From: Candidatus Aegiribacteria sp.
GTDB lineage: Bacteria; Fermentibacterota; Fermentibacteria; Fermentibacterales; JCC-6
Assembly (NCBI GenBank): GCA_021108435.1
Contig: JAIOQY010000032.1
Coordinates: forward strand, 1,890-65,889
DNA: 64,000 bases
Direction: 5' to 3'
Part shown: one piece after another, positions 1 to 10,653 of the stretch
Position numbering within the stretch: position 1 is the first letter of the stretch
Layout of the letters: each line of letters opens with the position of its first letter
Program-made: the position numbers and the translations under genes
The notes under the pieces: model-generated
Databases searched by the model: none
The model's input: the letters and a program-made list of their open reading frames with translations, nothing else
What the model was told of the DNA's origin: nothing

Positions 1-1249
1 GGTCCATGCCGAGAGCCTTTATGGCATCACTCCACTTGTCAATCAGCATGTCAAGCATATTGCCGGAGATCCAGCCTAGTATCTCGGACCCAACATCAAA
101 TATACTGGTAATATCTATCGAAATAATACCGGCTGCTGATGAAAACATATCCATTGAATCCCTGATCTTCTTAATCGCTTCATCGACCTGTTGAGGAGAT
201 TTACCGGTTGCTATACCCAGCCTCTGCCTTGCTGAGTTTCCGGGCTGTGCTACACCTATCGGTGGCTTGAACCAGGGCAGAGTACGCGATCTGTACGGTG
301 ACGGTGGTGGTGGCGGAACAGGGCAGTCCTTGAGCCAGGGCAGATCCTTTCGCAGTCCAGCACCGCCGGCCTTAGTGAGAGTATTTCCGTATGAGAGTTC
401 AGTGTTCTCATCCTCTGGAACCCATAGTTCTATCCGGGTATGACTGTATCCGCTCGGGAAGTATCGGATGTAGTAACCATTTGGATGCCAGGACCATCTG
501 CCTTCAGGAATATCTCTCTCATTGTACTCTTCGGGAGGATCACCATGGATGATCGCGATTTCTTCCAGTTCCTCGTATGAGGATTCAGCTCTGGAAAGAG
601 TGTTTCTTATTCCGGCTTCAGCTTCCAGCACTGACCTGACCGGTCCGGTAATGTCTCCGAACAGATCATCCATCATACCGTCTGGAATAAGTTCCAGCGC
701 CCCGCCGTTGATTTCGAAGATTTCCTCTGGAGTAAGCAGAATAAATGCATTACTCTGCATATTATCATTCATATCAGAGAGCTTGCATCTTGCGAGGATT
801 GCCCAGATAAGTGATTGAACATCACGTTGAGAAATTTCACCATGATCGGATGAACGATCCAGGATCGCCTGAATAATATCACTTCTGCTCCCTTCCAGAG
901 GCGCGTAAATGTATCCGTTGCCTCCGGTATCGGAAACGTAAGTACCGGCATGAAGACAATAGCTTCTTGCTTCAAGTTCATAAGCTCCCGGAAGAAGGAA
1001 GATCAAGCCATCTGAATTCATCGGCATATCGTACAGAGGAGTAAAGAACTCCGGTTCAAAGCCGTCCATTTCAGGACGTTCGAAAACGGCATCTTCCAGT
1101 CCAGTTGTTATCACCGGTTCCTGTTCAAGAAGATCTCCGAGGTCAGGGAGATCAATTGGAATGTCAGGTATCGACGGGATCGAGAACTGTGCCTGTGCGG
1201 CTCCGGATACCAGGAGGAGTGTGACAAGTAAAGACAGTTTATATCTCAT
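1..1249 (-). CDS. hypothetical secreted protein (C-terminal end outside window)
   Basis: I translated the minus strand from ATG 1249-1247. It reads MRYKLSLLVTLLLVSGAAQAQFSIPSIPDIP..., a signal-peptide-like N-terminus. I checked the frame codon by codon to about position 780 and read it less rigorously beyond that; it appears open to position 1. With no stop in the window, the ORF track omits it. No family recognised. Confidence 0.6.
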   Translation of the reverse strand, partial: MRYKLSLLVTLLLVSGAAQAQFSIPSIPDIPIDLPDLGDLLEQEPVITTGLEDAVFERPEMDGFEPEFFTPLYDMPMNSDGLIFLLPGAYELEARSYCLHAGTYVSDTGGNGYIYAPLEGSRSDIIQAILDRSSDHGEISQRDVQSLIWAILARCKLSDMNDNMQSNAFILLTPEEIFEINGGALELIPDGMMDDLFGDITGPVRSVLEAEAGIRNTLSRAESSYEELEEIAIIHGDPPEEYNERDIPEGRWSWHPNGYYIRYFPSGYSHTRIELWVPEDENTELSYGNTLTKAGGAGLRKDLPWLKDCPVPPPPPSPYRSRTLPWFKPPIGVAQPGNSARQRLGIATGKSPQQVDEAIKKIRDSMDMFSSAAGIISIDITSIFDVGSEILGWISGNMLDMLIDKWSDAIKALGMD

Positions 1250-1441
1250 GGCTGTTTCCTTTCAAAAAATGTTACTCAAACTAATACAACTTAAATCATG
1301 GTGACTGCATGGGCAAGTCCTCTTCAGATAATCAATTCAGGCTGGTATCCTGAGATAATTTCAGTGACACTCATTAATTGCTGGAGTAGATTGCAGGTTA
1401 GAAGCAAAAGAACATCTGAAACGAATCTGATTGGAGAAAAA

Positions 1442-2197
1442 ATGCCAGGTAATCCTGTTATCGAATCGCTTATGCAGAGGAAATCCATCAGGAAGTACAC
1501 AACTGAACAACCTTCTGATGAAGTTCTGGAAGCAATCGTACGTGCCGGTCAGCAGGCACCGTTCGCGATGCAGCTCGGCAGTTTGCTGCTCTCGCGGGAT
1601 ATTGAAAATAATGTATTCAGATCACCTCTCCAGTTTACCATATGTGTGGATATACACAGGATGGAGAAGATCATGGACAGGCGGGGCTGGAAGAGAGAAG
1701 CATCCGATCTGTTTACACTTCTGTTTGGGATTCAGGATGCCGCATATATGGCTCAGAACATGGTTACTGCCGCTGAAAGCTTCGGTCTGGGAAGCTGCTT
1801 TATCGGCAATGCTCCATTCATGGCGGGGAAGATAAGGGAGGAGTATGAACTTCCGGAAAGGATCTTTCCACTGGTCATTCTGACGATGGGATATCCTGCG
1901 GAGGAACCGCCTGTCAGACCCAGGTATCCTGTGGAATTTCATCTGTTCGAAGACAGATATCCGGAATTCACTGATGAAGTCGTGTCTGCCGCGACGGAAG
2001 AAATGGATTCGGGTTTCCTTGACCAGGATTATTACAGGAATGCCGGTTACATGATCCCTCTTGAAGATGGGAGGGAGGAGACCTGCAACTTCGATAATTA
2101 TTCATGGACAGAGCATATCTCCCGGAAACTGGGACAATGGGGAAAGGATCCAGAGGATCTTCTGCAGAATATCAGAGAGTGCGGGTTCAATATCTGA
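1442..2197 (+). CDS. nitroreductase family protein
   Basis: ORF 1298..2197. I moved the start to ATG 1442, which follows GGAG at 1433-1436. MPGNPVIESLMQRKSIRKYT...EAIVRAGQQAPFAMQ is a typical nitroreductase-fold N-terminus, and the roughly 250-aa size fits. Confidence 0.8.
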   Translation: MPGNPVIESLMQRKSIRKYTTEQPSDEVLEAIVRAGQQAPFAMQLGSLLLSRDIENNVFRSPLQFTICVDIHRMEKIMDRRGWKREASDLFTLLFGIQDAAYMAQNMVTAAESFGLGSCFIGNAPFMAGKIREEYELPERIFPLVILTMGYPAEEPPVRPRYPVEFHLFEDRYPEFTDEVVSAATEEMDSGFLDQDYYRNAGYMIPLEDGREETCNFDNYSWTEHISRKLGQWGKDPEDLLQNIRECGFNI

Positions 2198-2250
2198 ACG
2201 GCGTTTGCATTCTGCGAAATGTAAACATATGTTCAGTATTATATTAATCA

Positions 2251-3141
2251 TTGCCGGGAGGGGTTTCTTTGATCCGAGAGATACAGACCCGCACCATTAT
2301 TAACAGAGTAAGCGCTCCTGATTCCTGGTTCGGTCTGCATTACAACATGAACCTTTACCGGGGGTGCAGTCATAGGTGTATCTACTGCGATTCCCGCAGT
2401 GAGTGTTACGGCATTGATTGTTTCGATAGAGATGTGCTGGTAAAAACAAACGCTGTTGATCTTCTGAGAGACAGGCTTCCCCGACTGAGAATCAAAGGCA
2501 CAATAGGAACAGGCTCGATGAACGATCCGTACCAGCCTGTTGAAAAGAAGATCGAACTCACCCGCAGGGCACTCGAAGTAATCGCAGAGAACCATTTTCC
2601 GGTTCATGTAATCACAAAAAGCGATCTTGTCCTCCGCGATGCAGACCTGCTTGAGAAAATCAGTAAGGTTTACTCCGCAGTTACTTTTACTGTAACAACC
2701 GCTGATGAGACACTTGCCGGGAAACTCGAGCCTTTTGCTCCTTCTGTGACGGCGCGGTTCAAAGCGATGAGACAGCTATCGGAGCGTGGCATTCATACGG
2801 GAATCACTCTTATGCCGGTTCTACCTTTCATAACGGATAATCCGGCAAATATTCTTGCCATTCTTGACATGGCAGCTGAATCAGGTGCGGAATACATTAT
2901 TCCTTTTTTAGGCGTTACTCTCAGGGATGGTCAGAGAGAGCATTTTCTGAGGGAGATAGAGCAAGTGTTTCCCGGCATGAACCGGAAATACAGGGAACAT
3001 TTCGGAAACATGTACCACTGTACGGTAAGCAACGCAGGCCTCCTTGAAGGAATACTCAGGGAAGCCTGCGATAAAAGATCGATTCTTCTTGAAATGCCCT
3101 TTTATGATCCTTTCGATAACGGACAGATGGATCTGTTCTAG
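2251..3141 (+). CDS. radical SAM protein, SplB/DNA-photolyase-like (COG1533-type)
   Basis: CxxxCxxC cluster motif in LYRGCSHRCIYCDSR. The N-terminus INRVSAPDSWFGLHYNMNLYRGC is typical of this subfamily. The start is TTG at 2251; TTG at 2269 is an alternative. Confidence 0.75.
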   Translation: MPGGVSLIREIQTRTIINRVSAPDSWFGLHYNMNLYRGCSHRCIYCDSRSECYGIDCFDRDVLVKTNAVDLLRDRLPRLRIKGTIGTGSMNDPYQPVEKKIELTRRALEVIAENHFPVHVITKSDLVLRDADLLEKISKVYSAVTFTVTTADETLAGKLEPFAPSVTARFKAMRQLSERGIHTGITLMPVLPFITDNPANILAILDMAAESGAEYIIPFLGVTLRDGQREHFLREIEQVFPGMNRKYREHFGNMYHCTVSNAGLLEGILREACDKRSILLEMPFYDPFDNGQMDLF

Positions 3142-3264
3142 ACCCGCATCCGGAACCAAAACAGTGCCACCCACCATTAAAACGACAAACGAAGGCTAGA
3201 ACTCATATTCCAGCAATGCCAACAGTTCTAAAACTTCCACTATGAGGTGCCGGAAATTCTGCTT

Positions 3265-4395
3265 TTACTCCACGAGTTCGAGAGTATAGAGTTTCTGATA
3301 TCCGTCAGCCGGGTCAAGGGACCAGGCAAGTATCCCGTAATCATCAACCTTGACTTCCCAGAGCAGACCGGAATATCCTGAGATCGCAGGTATGTTAACA
3401 GTGAACAGGTGGTTTCCATCGAGATCGAAGATATCGAATGTAGGAATTTCCTCAGTTCCCCTGCGGACCCAGAGTCTTTCCTGGTTATCAATACCCATTG
3501 AATGAACCATCCATCGGAATGGATCAGGTTCGAAGTTGGTCCGGGCATTGTATCCCATATTCCTGGCTCTCTGGTTATAGAATGCGGCTTCATCCTGTAT
3601 TTCCGCTTCGGATTTCTCTACACGAGGCAGATCAAGGGATATTTCAACGAATTCATTTCCATCTGCGTCGAAACCGGTAACAAGGTATTCTTCTGAGTCT
3701 CGAGAAGCTATGAATACGATACCATCATAATTGGAAGCCCAACCCCTGGATAAATAGCCTTCCTCAATTATCAGCGTGAAATCGTCGAAATTGACCGGTA
3801 ATGAGTTTTCCCAGTAAATCAGAGACGGCTCTGTTTTATCGATATCGAATCTTCCGACTTTCGTATTCATAATAAACTGTCCGTCAATTATGTCAAAGGT
3901 GGTCAACAATGCTATGTACCTGCAGCTGTCGGCGGCAGTCATATTAAGAACAGGTTCCCTGTTAATTTCCGCGGAAATTCCTTCCCATTCACCATCCGGA
4001 AGGAACGTATGGATACCGCCTGCCTGCATATCCATCATAGCGATCCTGCCATCGGACAGTCTCACCATCGAGAGTGGATTCACGAATTCACCAGGGCCGG
4101 TTCCACGCCTGCCGAAACTTCTGACGAATTCCCCTTCAGGTGTGTACTCGCGAGTGCAGCATGCCGGTCTGTCAAGAATCAGAATATTACCATCTGCAGA
4201 GTGCGAAGAGCTTTCGATGGATCCGAACACATAATTTGAATCGCCCAGTTCGACTCCGATGGAATCAAGAAAGACGAGTTCTCGAACGGTCTCGGGTTCA
4301 GCAACCAGTTCGGCAGTATCGGTTTGTTCACCGCCGCAGGATGCCAGCAGTGAGACAAGAAACAGCAATGAAACAATTGGAAATAGATATTTCAT
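3265..4395 (-). CDS. lipoprotein, 6-bladed beta-propeller (NHL-like) family
   Basis: ORF 3265..4407. I moved the start to ATG 4395, which has GGAGG 6 nt upstream. Lipobox in MKYLFPIVSLLFLVSLLASCGG. Repeated G-x-GPGEF / DG-type blades. Confidence 0.75.
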   Translation of the reverse strand: MKYLFPIVSLLFLVSLLASCGGEQTDTAELVAEPETVRELVFLDSIGVELGDSNYVFGSIESSSHSADGNILILDRPACCTREYTPEGEFVRSFGRRGTGPGEFVNPLSMVRLSDGRIAMMDMQAGGIHTFLPDGEWEGISAEINREPVLNMTAADSCRYIALLTTFDIIDGQFIMNTKVGRFDIDKTEPSLIYWENSLPVNFDDFTLIIEEGYLSRGWASNYDGIVFIASRDSEEYLVTGFDADGNEFVEISLDLPRVEKSEAEIQDEAAFYNQRARNMGYNARTNFEPDPFRWMVHSMGIDNQERLWVRRGTEEIPTFDIFDLDGNHLFTVNIPAISGYSGLLWEVKVDDYGILAWSLDPADGYQKLYTLELVE

Positions 4396-4542
4396 AATAA
4401 CCTCCATGGAAAGTTCAGTTAAAAAGGTAATATATGGATCAGCCGCAAATGTCTAGATTGCATCTGAGTAAAGGTTGACCCATACCTGCGGGAATGAATA
4501 GCTTATAATGTATAAAGTATATCAAATGACTGGAGGATAAAA

Positions 4543-6051
4543 ATGCTGCTGATGCTATGTCTTCTGGCTTCCGCTCCGGATACCCTGTGGGCAAATGTTA
4601 CAAGCGGAGGTGTTTATTCAACCGTATCCCTCGGAGATCTGAACGGTGACAGTGTTGATGATGTTGCCTGCGGAGTGAATTTCTGGGATGAGGAGCCGAC
4701 TCTCTGGTGTCTTTCCGGGTCTGACGGAAGTGTTATCTGGACAAGTGATCAATACAATGGAATCTACCAGGATGAGGGATTACTTGCCGTTTCTGATGCG
4801 AATAGTGATGGGCATAAGGATATCCTCATGGCTACTCCGGGCGGATATGCCCCCCCGGGAAGATGCCTTATCCTGATTTCAGGAATTGACGGTTCTCTTA
4901 TCTGGGAGTGGAGCGCCTACAATAATATTCCATCCGGAGCCGGCTGGGGTTACAGCTGCGCTGAAATGGAGGATCAGACAGGTGATATTGTGCCTGAATT
5001 CATTGGCGGATTCGGCTCTACAGGATCCGCGAACAGCTCTGCTGCCGCATGTCTGAATGGTGCTACAGGTGACACTCTCTGGACAAGAACCGCAGCGGAC
5101 GCGGTCGAGGACATACTTGTTATTCCGGATGTTACCGGAGACGGAGTTCAGGAGGTTTATCTGGGAATAGGCGGAAGCGGTTATGCGGACAATACGCTTG
5201 AGCTTGTTGATGGTTCTGACGGAACTCTGGTCTGGGGTCGGAACGGCGGGGGAGATGTCATGTGTGTGTCCGCCCTTGACAGGGAGGATACTTCTCCCTG
5301 GCTGGTGAGTTCTTCATTCGACGGCGGTGTGCAGTGCTATACCCCCGGAGGAGATTCTATATGGGCTCGAGGTCTTGGCGGTTTTCTTCTTGATGTGGAG
5401 GGCGGCCCTGATCTTAATGGAGATGGAATTGCTGAAGTAGCTGTCGCCGGAGACAATTCAGGTACGATATGTCTTGATGGAGCGACTGGCGTAACACTGT
5501 GGAGCTATCCTACAGGAGCGAACACCTGGAGTGTAGTCTGGTCTGATTCCGTCTATCATGAGGGCCTGTGGATTCCCTGCATTTCCGGGGGGAGCGTTAA
5601 CGGTAAAAAGATTACACTCGTGAATGCTCTGGATGGCTCTCTGATCTGGGAGCAGTCTTTTACGGAAAGAGTATATAACGTTTCAAGTGTATATATGACG
5701 AACCTTTCACCCTCAGCAATAATAATTGCGGGATTACAGGATCAGCAGAGCCAGCCGTATCATGCATGGGCATTTCTTTCGTCTATTGAAACATCCTGTG
5801 AGGAAACTTCTTTCAGCAGTTATTGCGGAAATCTGGTGGAACGGAATCCCGCCATAGGAATCATGAATCTGAATCCTCCGGAGGGAATCTGGAGGTTTGA
5901 GATATACGATCTGACCGGAAGGCTTGTCTGGGAGGATGATATTTCTGAAGTCAGGTCAGTTAATATCTCAGGGTGGAGTGCAGGTTGCTATCTTGTTCGT
6001 GCTTCGTACGGGACCGCTTTACTTACACGAAGAGTTACTGTTCTGAAGTAA
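4543..6051 (+). CDS. secreted beta-propeller repeat protein with T9SS-type C-terminal sorting domain
   Basis: GGAGGA RBS and a signal peptide MLLMLCLLASAPDTLWA. About seven D-G-[ST]-x-[IVL]-W repeats (PQQ/FG-GAP-like). The C-terminus IYDLTGRLVWED...SAGCYLVRASYGTALLTRRVTVLK resembles a T9SS CTD. Confidence 0.75.
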   Translation: MLLMLCLLASAPDTLWANVTSGGVYSTVSLGDLNGDSVDDVACGVNFWDEEPTLWCLSGSDGSVIWTSDQYNGIYQDEGLLAVSDANSDGHKDILMATPGGYAPPGRCLILISGIDGSLIWEWSAYNNIPSGAGWGYSCAEMEDQTGDIVPEFIGGFGSTGSANSSAAACLNGATGDTLWTRTAADAVEDILVIPDVTGDGVQEVYLGIGGSGYADNTLELVDGSDGTLVWGRNGGGDVMCVSALDREDTSPWLVSSSFDGGVQCYTPGGDSIWARGLGGFLLDVEGGPDLNGDGIAEVAVAGDNSGTICLDGATGVTLWSYPTGANTWSVVWSDSVYHEGLWIPCISGGSVNGKKITLVNALDGSLIWEQSFTERVYNVSSVYMTNLSPSAIIIAGLQDQQSQPYHAWAFLSSIETSCEETSFSSYCGNLVERNPAIGIMNLNPPEGIWRFEIYDLTGRLVWEDDISEVRSVNISGWSAGCYLVRASYGTALLTRRVTVLK

Positions 6052-6174
6052 CTATGTGTGGAATATAAGCAGGATTAACCGAATCCCTTATGTGACAGGC
6101 TTGACATTGAAAATAGTATACATATGTTTACTATACAATCATGCTCAATGTAAGTTGCGCTAAGGGAGGGCAAC

Positions 6175-6738
6175 ATGAATCCGGTAACCAGGCGTTATGT
6201 AAAACGATACAGGAATCTCTGGAAAAGGGGCGAGGCTTACCGTAAAGCAGTATCTCAAGATAGTATTCGTGCCGGATTCTATGCAAGGCAACACCGTTTC
6301 GCCCGATCAGAAGCGATGGGGAAGAACTATTTCTCCGAATACACCGAAGAAAAATACGATTCGGTCACCGAATGTCTGGCTTGCTACAGGTGGTTCATAA
6401 TACCTGATCGACTGAGGCAGGCTTCAGGAAGATTTGATGTAACCAGTATTGATGAACTGCTTGATCTGGCCGGCTACTCCAAATCCCTGATAGCTGAAGA
6501 ACTGTTTCACATGATCGATTCCTGTCTGGAGTCCGGTGTTTGCCTCAAGAGTGACCTCGAAATGATTCGCTGCGCGTACAATGGTTTATCCGGATTTGAA
6601 GATCTTTTTGTGAACAGGATTACCGATTGGGGACCTGTCGGATCTGATCGGAGTGCTATTACCGTTCAGCAGAAAACAGAATTCATTCGAAAAGGTTTTA
6701 ACAACCCGCAGATATATTCACATGCGGATGTATCCTGA
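6175..6738 (+). CDS. hypothetical protein
   Basis: 187-aa ORF with GGGAGGG upstream of the ATG. It does not overlap neighbouring genes. No motif recognised. Confidence 0.5.
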   Translation: MNPVTRRYVKRYRNLWKRGEAYRKAVSQDSIRAGFYARQHRFARSEAMGKNYFSEYTEEKYDSVTECLACYRWFIIPDRLRQASGRFDVTSIDELLDLAGYSKSLIAEELFHMIDSCLESGVCLKSDLEMIRCAYNGLSGFEDLFVNRITDWGPVGSDRSAITVQQKTEFIRKGFNNPQIYSHADVS

Positions 6739-6883
6739 TGTGATACAGTCCGGAAGTTCGTAGAACACTTGTTTGTTCGCACATAATTATTGTCTATAAT
6801 ACTTGCGTTGTCTTCTCGGTTTCTTTCGAGAAAAGAGATCTATTCCGTTATTTGTTTGGTAATCTCAATCTGGAGGTTCAGAG

Positions 6884-8167
6884 ATGGATAAGGGCTTCAA
6901 CGCTTTTGAAATGGCACAAAAACAATTCGATCAGGTTGCAGACCAACTTGATCTTGAGCAGGGAACAAGAGCATTTTTACGCTGGCCGATGAGGGAATAT
7001 CATTTCATCATTCCTGTACACATGGATGATGGTTCTGTACAGGTATTTCGTGGATTCCGGGTACAGCACAGTGATGTTCGCGGTCCCTGTAAAGGTGGAA
7101 TAAGGTTCCATCCACAGGAAACCGAGGATACTGTCAGAGCTCTCGCGACATGGATGACCTGGAAAACCGCTGTTGTCGATATCCCTCTTGGAGGGGGCAA
7201 GGGCGGTGTTATCTGCGATCCTCACGAACTTTCAATGAGAGAGCAGGAACAGATCTGCCGCGGCTGGATCAGGAATGTCTGGAGAAACATCGGTCCCGTT
7301 CAGGACATACCTGCTCCTGATGTAATGACATCTCCACAGCACATGCTCTGGATGATGGACGAGTACGAAACGATAGTTGGCGGGAAGTATCCCGGTGTTA
7401 TCACAGGGAAGCCCGTTGGGAGCGGTGGATCTCTTGGAAGAACAGAGGCCACGGGATACGGTGTGATTTACACCGTACGGGAAGCGTTAACCAGAATGGG
7501 ACTTGATATCAGAGAAACTACCATGGCCTGCCAGGGCTTTGGTAACGTAAGTCAGTACGCGGCTGATCTGTTCATCAAATATGGAGGTAAAGTAGTCTGT
7601 GTATCCTGCTGGGATCAGAGCGATATGACTTCTTACACCTACCGTAAAATGGATGGAATAGATATTGAGTTTCTGCTGAGCATCACTGACAGATTCGGAA
7701 CGGTAAATCCCGAAAAGGCCATGGCAGCCGGATACGAACAGCTTTCCGGAGATGCCTGGATTGAAACCGAGGCGGATGTTCTGATGCCGGGAGCCCTCGA
7801 AAACCAGGTTAACGGTGAGACAGTTAACAAAATACATGCCAGAGTGAAAATCGTTGCCGAGGGTGCGAACGGCCCGACAACACCTGAAGCGGATGCTTAC
7901 CTGAAAGAGAACAATATCTTTGTGATTCCGGATTTCCTCTGCAACGCAGGAGGCGTTACCTGTTCATACTTCGAACAGGTTCAGAATAATATGAACTACT
8001 ACTGGGAGAAGGATGAAGTCCTTTCCAAACTTGATACAAAAATGACTTCAGCTTTCCATGCTGTTGCTGATCTTGCTGACAGCCAGTCAGTATATATGAG
8101 AGACGCAGCCTACATGATTGCTATCGACAGAGTAGCAACTGCGGCACGAATGAGAGGGCTTGTCTAG
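6884..8167 (+). CDS. gdh: glutamate dehydrogenase (Glu/Leu/Phe/Val dehydrogenase family, ~420-aa class)
   Basis: GGAGG RBS. Motifs KGGIRFHP and PLGGGKGGV, with a C-terminal Rossmann block GFGNVS. Confidence 0.9.
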   Translation: MDKGFNAFEMAQKQFDQVADQLDLEQGTRAFLRWPMREYHFIIPVHMDDGSVQVFRGFRVQHSDVRGPCKGGIRFHPQETEDTVRALATWMTWKTAVVDIPLGGGKGGVICDPHELSMREQEQICRGWIRNVWRNIGPVQDIPAPDVMTSPQHMLWMMDEYETIVGGKYPGVITGKPVGSGGSLGRTEATGYGVIYTVREALTRMGLDIRETTMACQGFGNVSQYAADLFIKYGGKVVCVSCWDQSDMTSYTYRKMDGIDIEFLLSITDRFGTVNPEKAMAAGYEQLSGDAWIETEADVLMPGALENQVNGETVNKIHARVKIVAEGANGPTTPEADAYLKENNIFVIPDFLCNAGGVTCSYFEQVQNNMNYYWEKDEVLSKLDTKMTSAFHAVADLADSQSVYMRDAAYMIAIDRVATAARMRGLV

Positions 8168-8273
8168 GCAACCCCCTGATGGGTCATAAGCATCATCCGA
8201 CATGCACGCTCTGGTTCGTGTCCCCGAATAATGCCCCTGCCTCTACCTGTTTCTGATTCGGAAAGGATATCTG

Positions 8274-10622
8274 ATGACTGAAAAAGCCGTAACTCCACAT
8301 GCAAAATTAAAAGATGAAAACAAACCCGAATGGAAAATCATCGTTGATCTTCTTGGAGATACAGATCCAGTTCTGCTGAAGCGTTTGAGCAGGAAGATGA
8401 TGAACTACCTTTTCAAACGGAAAGTCAAGAAAATATCCGAGATTATGGAGCAGTTCCATTTAAGAAAAGCAAATGGAAACAAGACGGGTGATCCTTATGG
8501 AGAAAATCAACCCGCGCCCAGGATTGATTACCAGGATCTGGAAAGCATCACAAGCCAGGTTTTCAGCGTTGCTGAAGAGGAACTGTCACCTGAGGAGCTT
8601 TCTCAAGCTATCCACAGATGGCTCCGATATGAAAGCACCAGGTTTCTTTCTGTAATTGCTGACCGCAGAGATGTTCCTCTGGGACAGCTCAGGGAAGCTC
8701 TGGAAAAATATGTTCTGCTTCCGGACAAAAACAAAAAGATGGACAGAAGCGAACAGAGGGGCATAATTGTAGACATTACAAGGCGAATATTCAACGATGA
8801 TCTGCAGTATATCAACACGATCAGCAAACATGTCCGGATAGAGGATTTCAGTGAAGTGCTTGATCATACTATCGGGCCTCTCAATGGTAACGGAAAAGTC
8901 GGCGGAAAAGCTTCAGGATTGTTCCGGGCTCAAAAAATTCTTGATTCACACAGAAAGCACAATGTAGTACTCAGGAATCTCAGGATACCAAGAACGTGGT
9001 ACATCTCATCCGATTCTATTCTGGAGTTCATTCATTACAATGCGCTTGAAGAGATGCTTGCAATCAAGTATTCGGATACTGATGAAATAAGGCAGGAATA
9101 CGAGCTTCTGGAGCAGGTATTCAAACATTCCCAGCTTCCATCATGTGTTCTGAGCGGTTTGAACTTTGCGCTGGACCATCTTGGTTCATCGCCTCTGATA
9201 GTCAGATCATCAAGCCTTCTCGAGGACAGCTCCGGTGCTGCTTTCGCTGGGAAATACAAAAGCCTTTTTGTTGCCAATACAGGCACCAGGAAAGAGAGAC
9301 TGGAAGCCATTTCTGACGCGATCCTTGAAGTATACGCAAGCGTATTCGGTCCTGATCCCATTGAGTACCGCCGCGAACGGGGATTGCTGGATTTCAATGA
9401 AGAGATGGGTATTCTTATCCAGGAGGTCGTCGGCAACAGGATAGGCAAGTACTATTTCCCACCTCTTGCCGGTGTGGCATTCAGCCGGAACGATTACAGA
9501 TGGTCTCCGAGGATCAAAAAGGAAGATGGAATGGTCAGGCTGGTTACCGGGCTGGGAACAAGAGCTGTAGATCGAACAGGAAAAGACTTTCCTGTTCTCA
9601 TGAGTCCCGGACAGCCAAAGATCAGAATCAATGCAGCTGAGGAGGAGATACTTCGCTACGCACAAAAGCATATGGACGTGATCAACCTTGAGAAAGGCTG
9701 TCTTGAAACCGTCAGCGTAGAAAGCATTATCAAGGAATGCGGCAGTAAATTCCCATGTCTTTCCTATATAGTCTCCATTGATGAAGGTGACCACATCCAG
9801 CTGTCTCCGGGTTCGATGTTCAACATTGAAAACAAGGATACAGTGGTAACATTCCATAATCTTCTCGAGAAGAGCCCGGTTCCTTTACTTTTTAAGACAA
9901 TGCTCAGTATTCTCGAGGATGAAATTGGTATGCCGGTTGATATTGAATTTGCGTACAGCTCTGATATACATACACCTTACCTGCTTCAATGCAGACCGCA
10001 GAGTATTGGAGACGGGCTTGCAGACACATCAATTCCGAAGAACATCCCGAAGGACGATATACTTTTCACAGCGGACAGGTACATCATGTCCGGTCTATGC
10101 CATAACATAGAATATCTTGTTTATGTTGATGGAGACGAGTATGACAGGATTTCATCAAGAGAAGGGCTTCTTCAGGTTGGTCATATAATAGGACAGCTGA
10201 ACAAGAAACTTCCCAATAAGAAATTTGTGCTGATCGGCCCTGGAAGATGGGGAAGTAAAGGTGATATCAAGATGGGTGTTCACGTTGGCTACTGTGATAT
10301 CAACAACACTGCTATGCTGATAGAGGTTGCAAAGAGCAAACAGGGCTATGTACCAGATCTTTCCTTCGGAACCCACTTTTTCCAGGATCTTGTAGAAGCT
10401 AATATCAAATATCTCCCCTTATACCCGGATGAACCAGGAGTGATATTCAGAGAGGATATATTCAGTACATCCAAAAACATACTTCGAAAGCTTGTAAGTA
10501 ATGCGGAAGAGTTTGAGCAGGTTATCAAGGTTGTAAAGATTTCAAATGAATTTCCCGGAGCGTCTGTCTGTATAATAATGGATAGTGACTCCGATTCAGC
10601 ACTCGCGTATCTGAAGAGGTGA
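8274..10622 (+). CDS. PEP/pyruvate-binding (PPDK_N ATP-grasp) domain protein of unknown function
   Basis: GGKASGL and IVRSSSLLEDSSGAAFAGKY match the nucleotide-binding half of PpsA/PPDK. I saw no T-S-H-A-A swivel motif. The C-terminal module carries GPGRWGS and GTHFFQD. Confidence 0.75.
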   Translation: MTEKAVTPHAKLKDENKPEWKIIVDLLGDTDPVLLKRLSRKMMNYLFKRKVKKISEIMEQFHLRKANGNKTGDPYGENQPAPRIDYQDLESITSQVFSVAEEELSPEELSQAIHRWLRYESTRFLSVIADRRDVPLGQLREALEKYVLLPDKNKKMDRSEQRGIIVDITRRIFNDDLQYINTISKHVRIEDFSEVLDHTIGPLNGNGKVGGKASGLFRAQKILDSHRKHNVVLRNLRIPRTWYISSDSILEFIHYNALEEMLAIKYSDTDEIRQEYELLEQVFKHSQLPSCVLSGLNFALDHLGSSPLIVRSSSLLEDSSGAAFAGKYKSLFVANTGTRKERLEAISDAILEVYASVFGPDPIEYRRERGLLDFNEEMGILIQEVVGNRIGKYYFPPLAGVAFSRNDYRWSPRIKKEDGMVRLVTGLGTRAVDRTGKDFPVLMSPGQPKIRINAAEEEILRYAQKHMDVINLEKGCLETVSVESIIKECGSKFPCLSYIVSIDEGDHIQLSPGSMFNIENKDTVVTFHNLLEKSPVPLLFKTMLSILEDEIGMPVDIEFAYSSDIHTPYLLQCRPQSIGDGLADTSIPKNIPKDDILFTADRYIMSGLCHNIEYLVYVDGDEYDRISSREGLLQVGHIIGQLNKKLPNKKFVLIGPGRWGSKGDIKMGVHVGYCDINNTAMLIEVAKSKQGYVPDLSFGTHFFQDLVEANIKYLPLYPDEPGVIFREDIFSTSKNILRKLVSNAEEFEQVIKVVKISNEFPGASVCIIMDSDSDSALAYLKR

Positions 10623-10625
10623 GAA

Positions 10626-10645
10626 GGGGTCGGACGTCCGACCCC
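10626..10645. terminator. bidirectional hairpin between convergent genes
   Basis: Perfect 20-nt GC-rich palindrome GGGGTCGGAC/GTCCGACCCC. It sits exactly between the stop at 10622 (+) and the stop at 10654 (-). Confidence 0.7.
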
Positions 10646-10653
10646 CCCAGGTT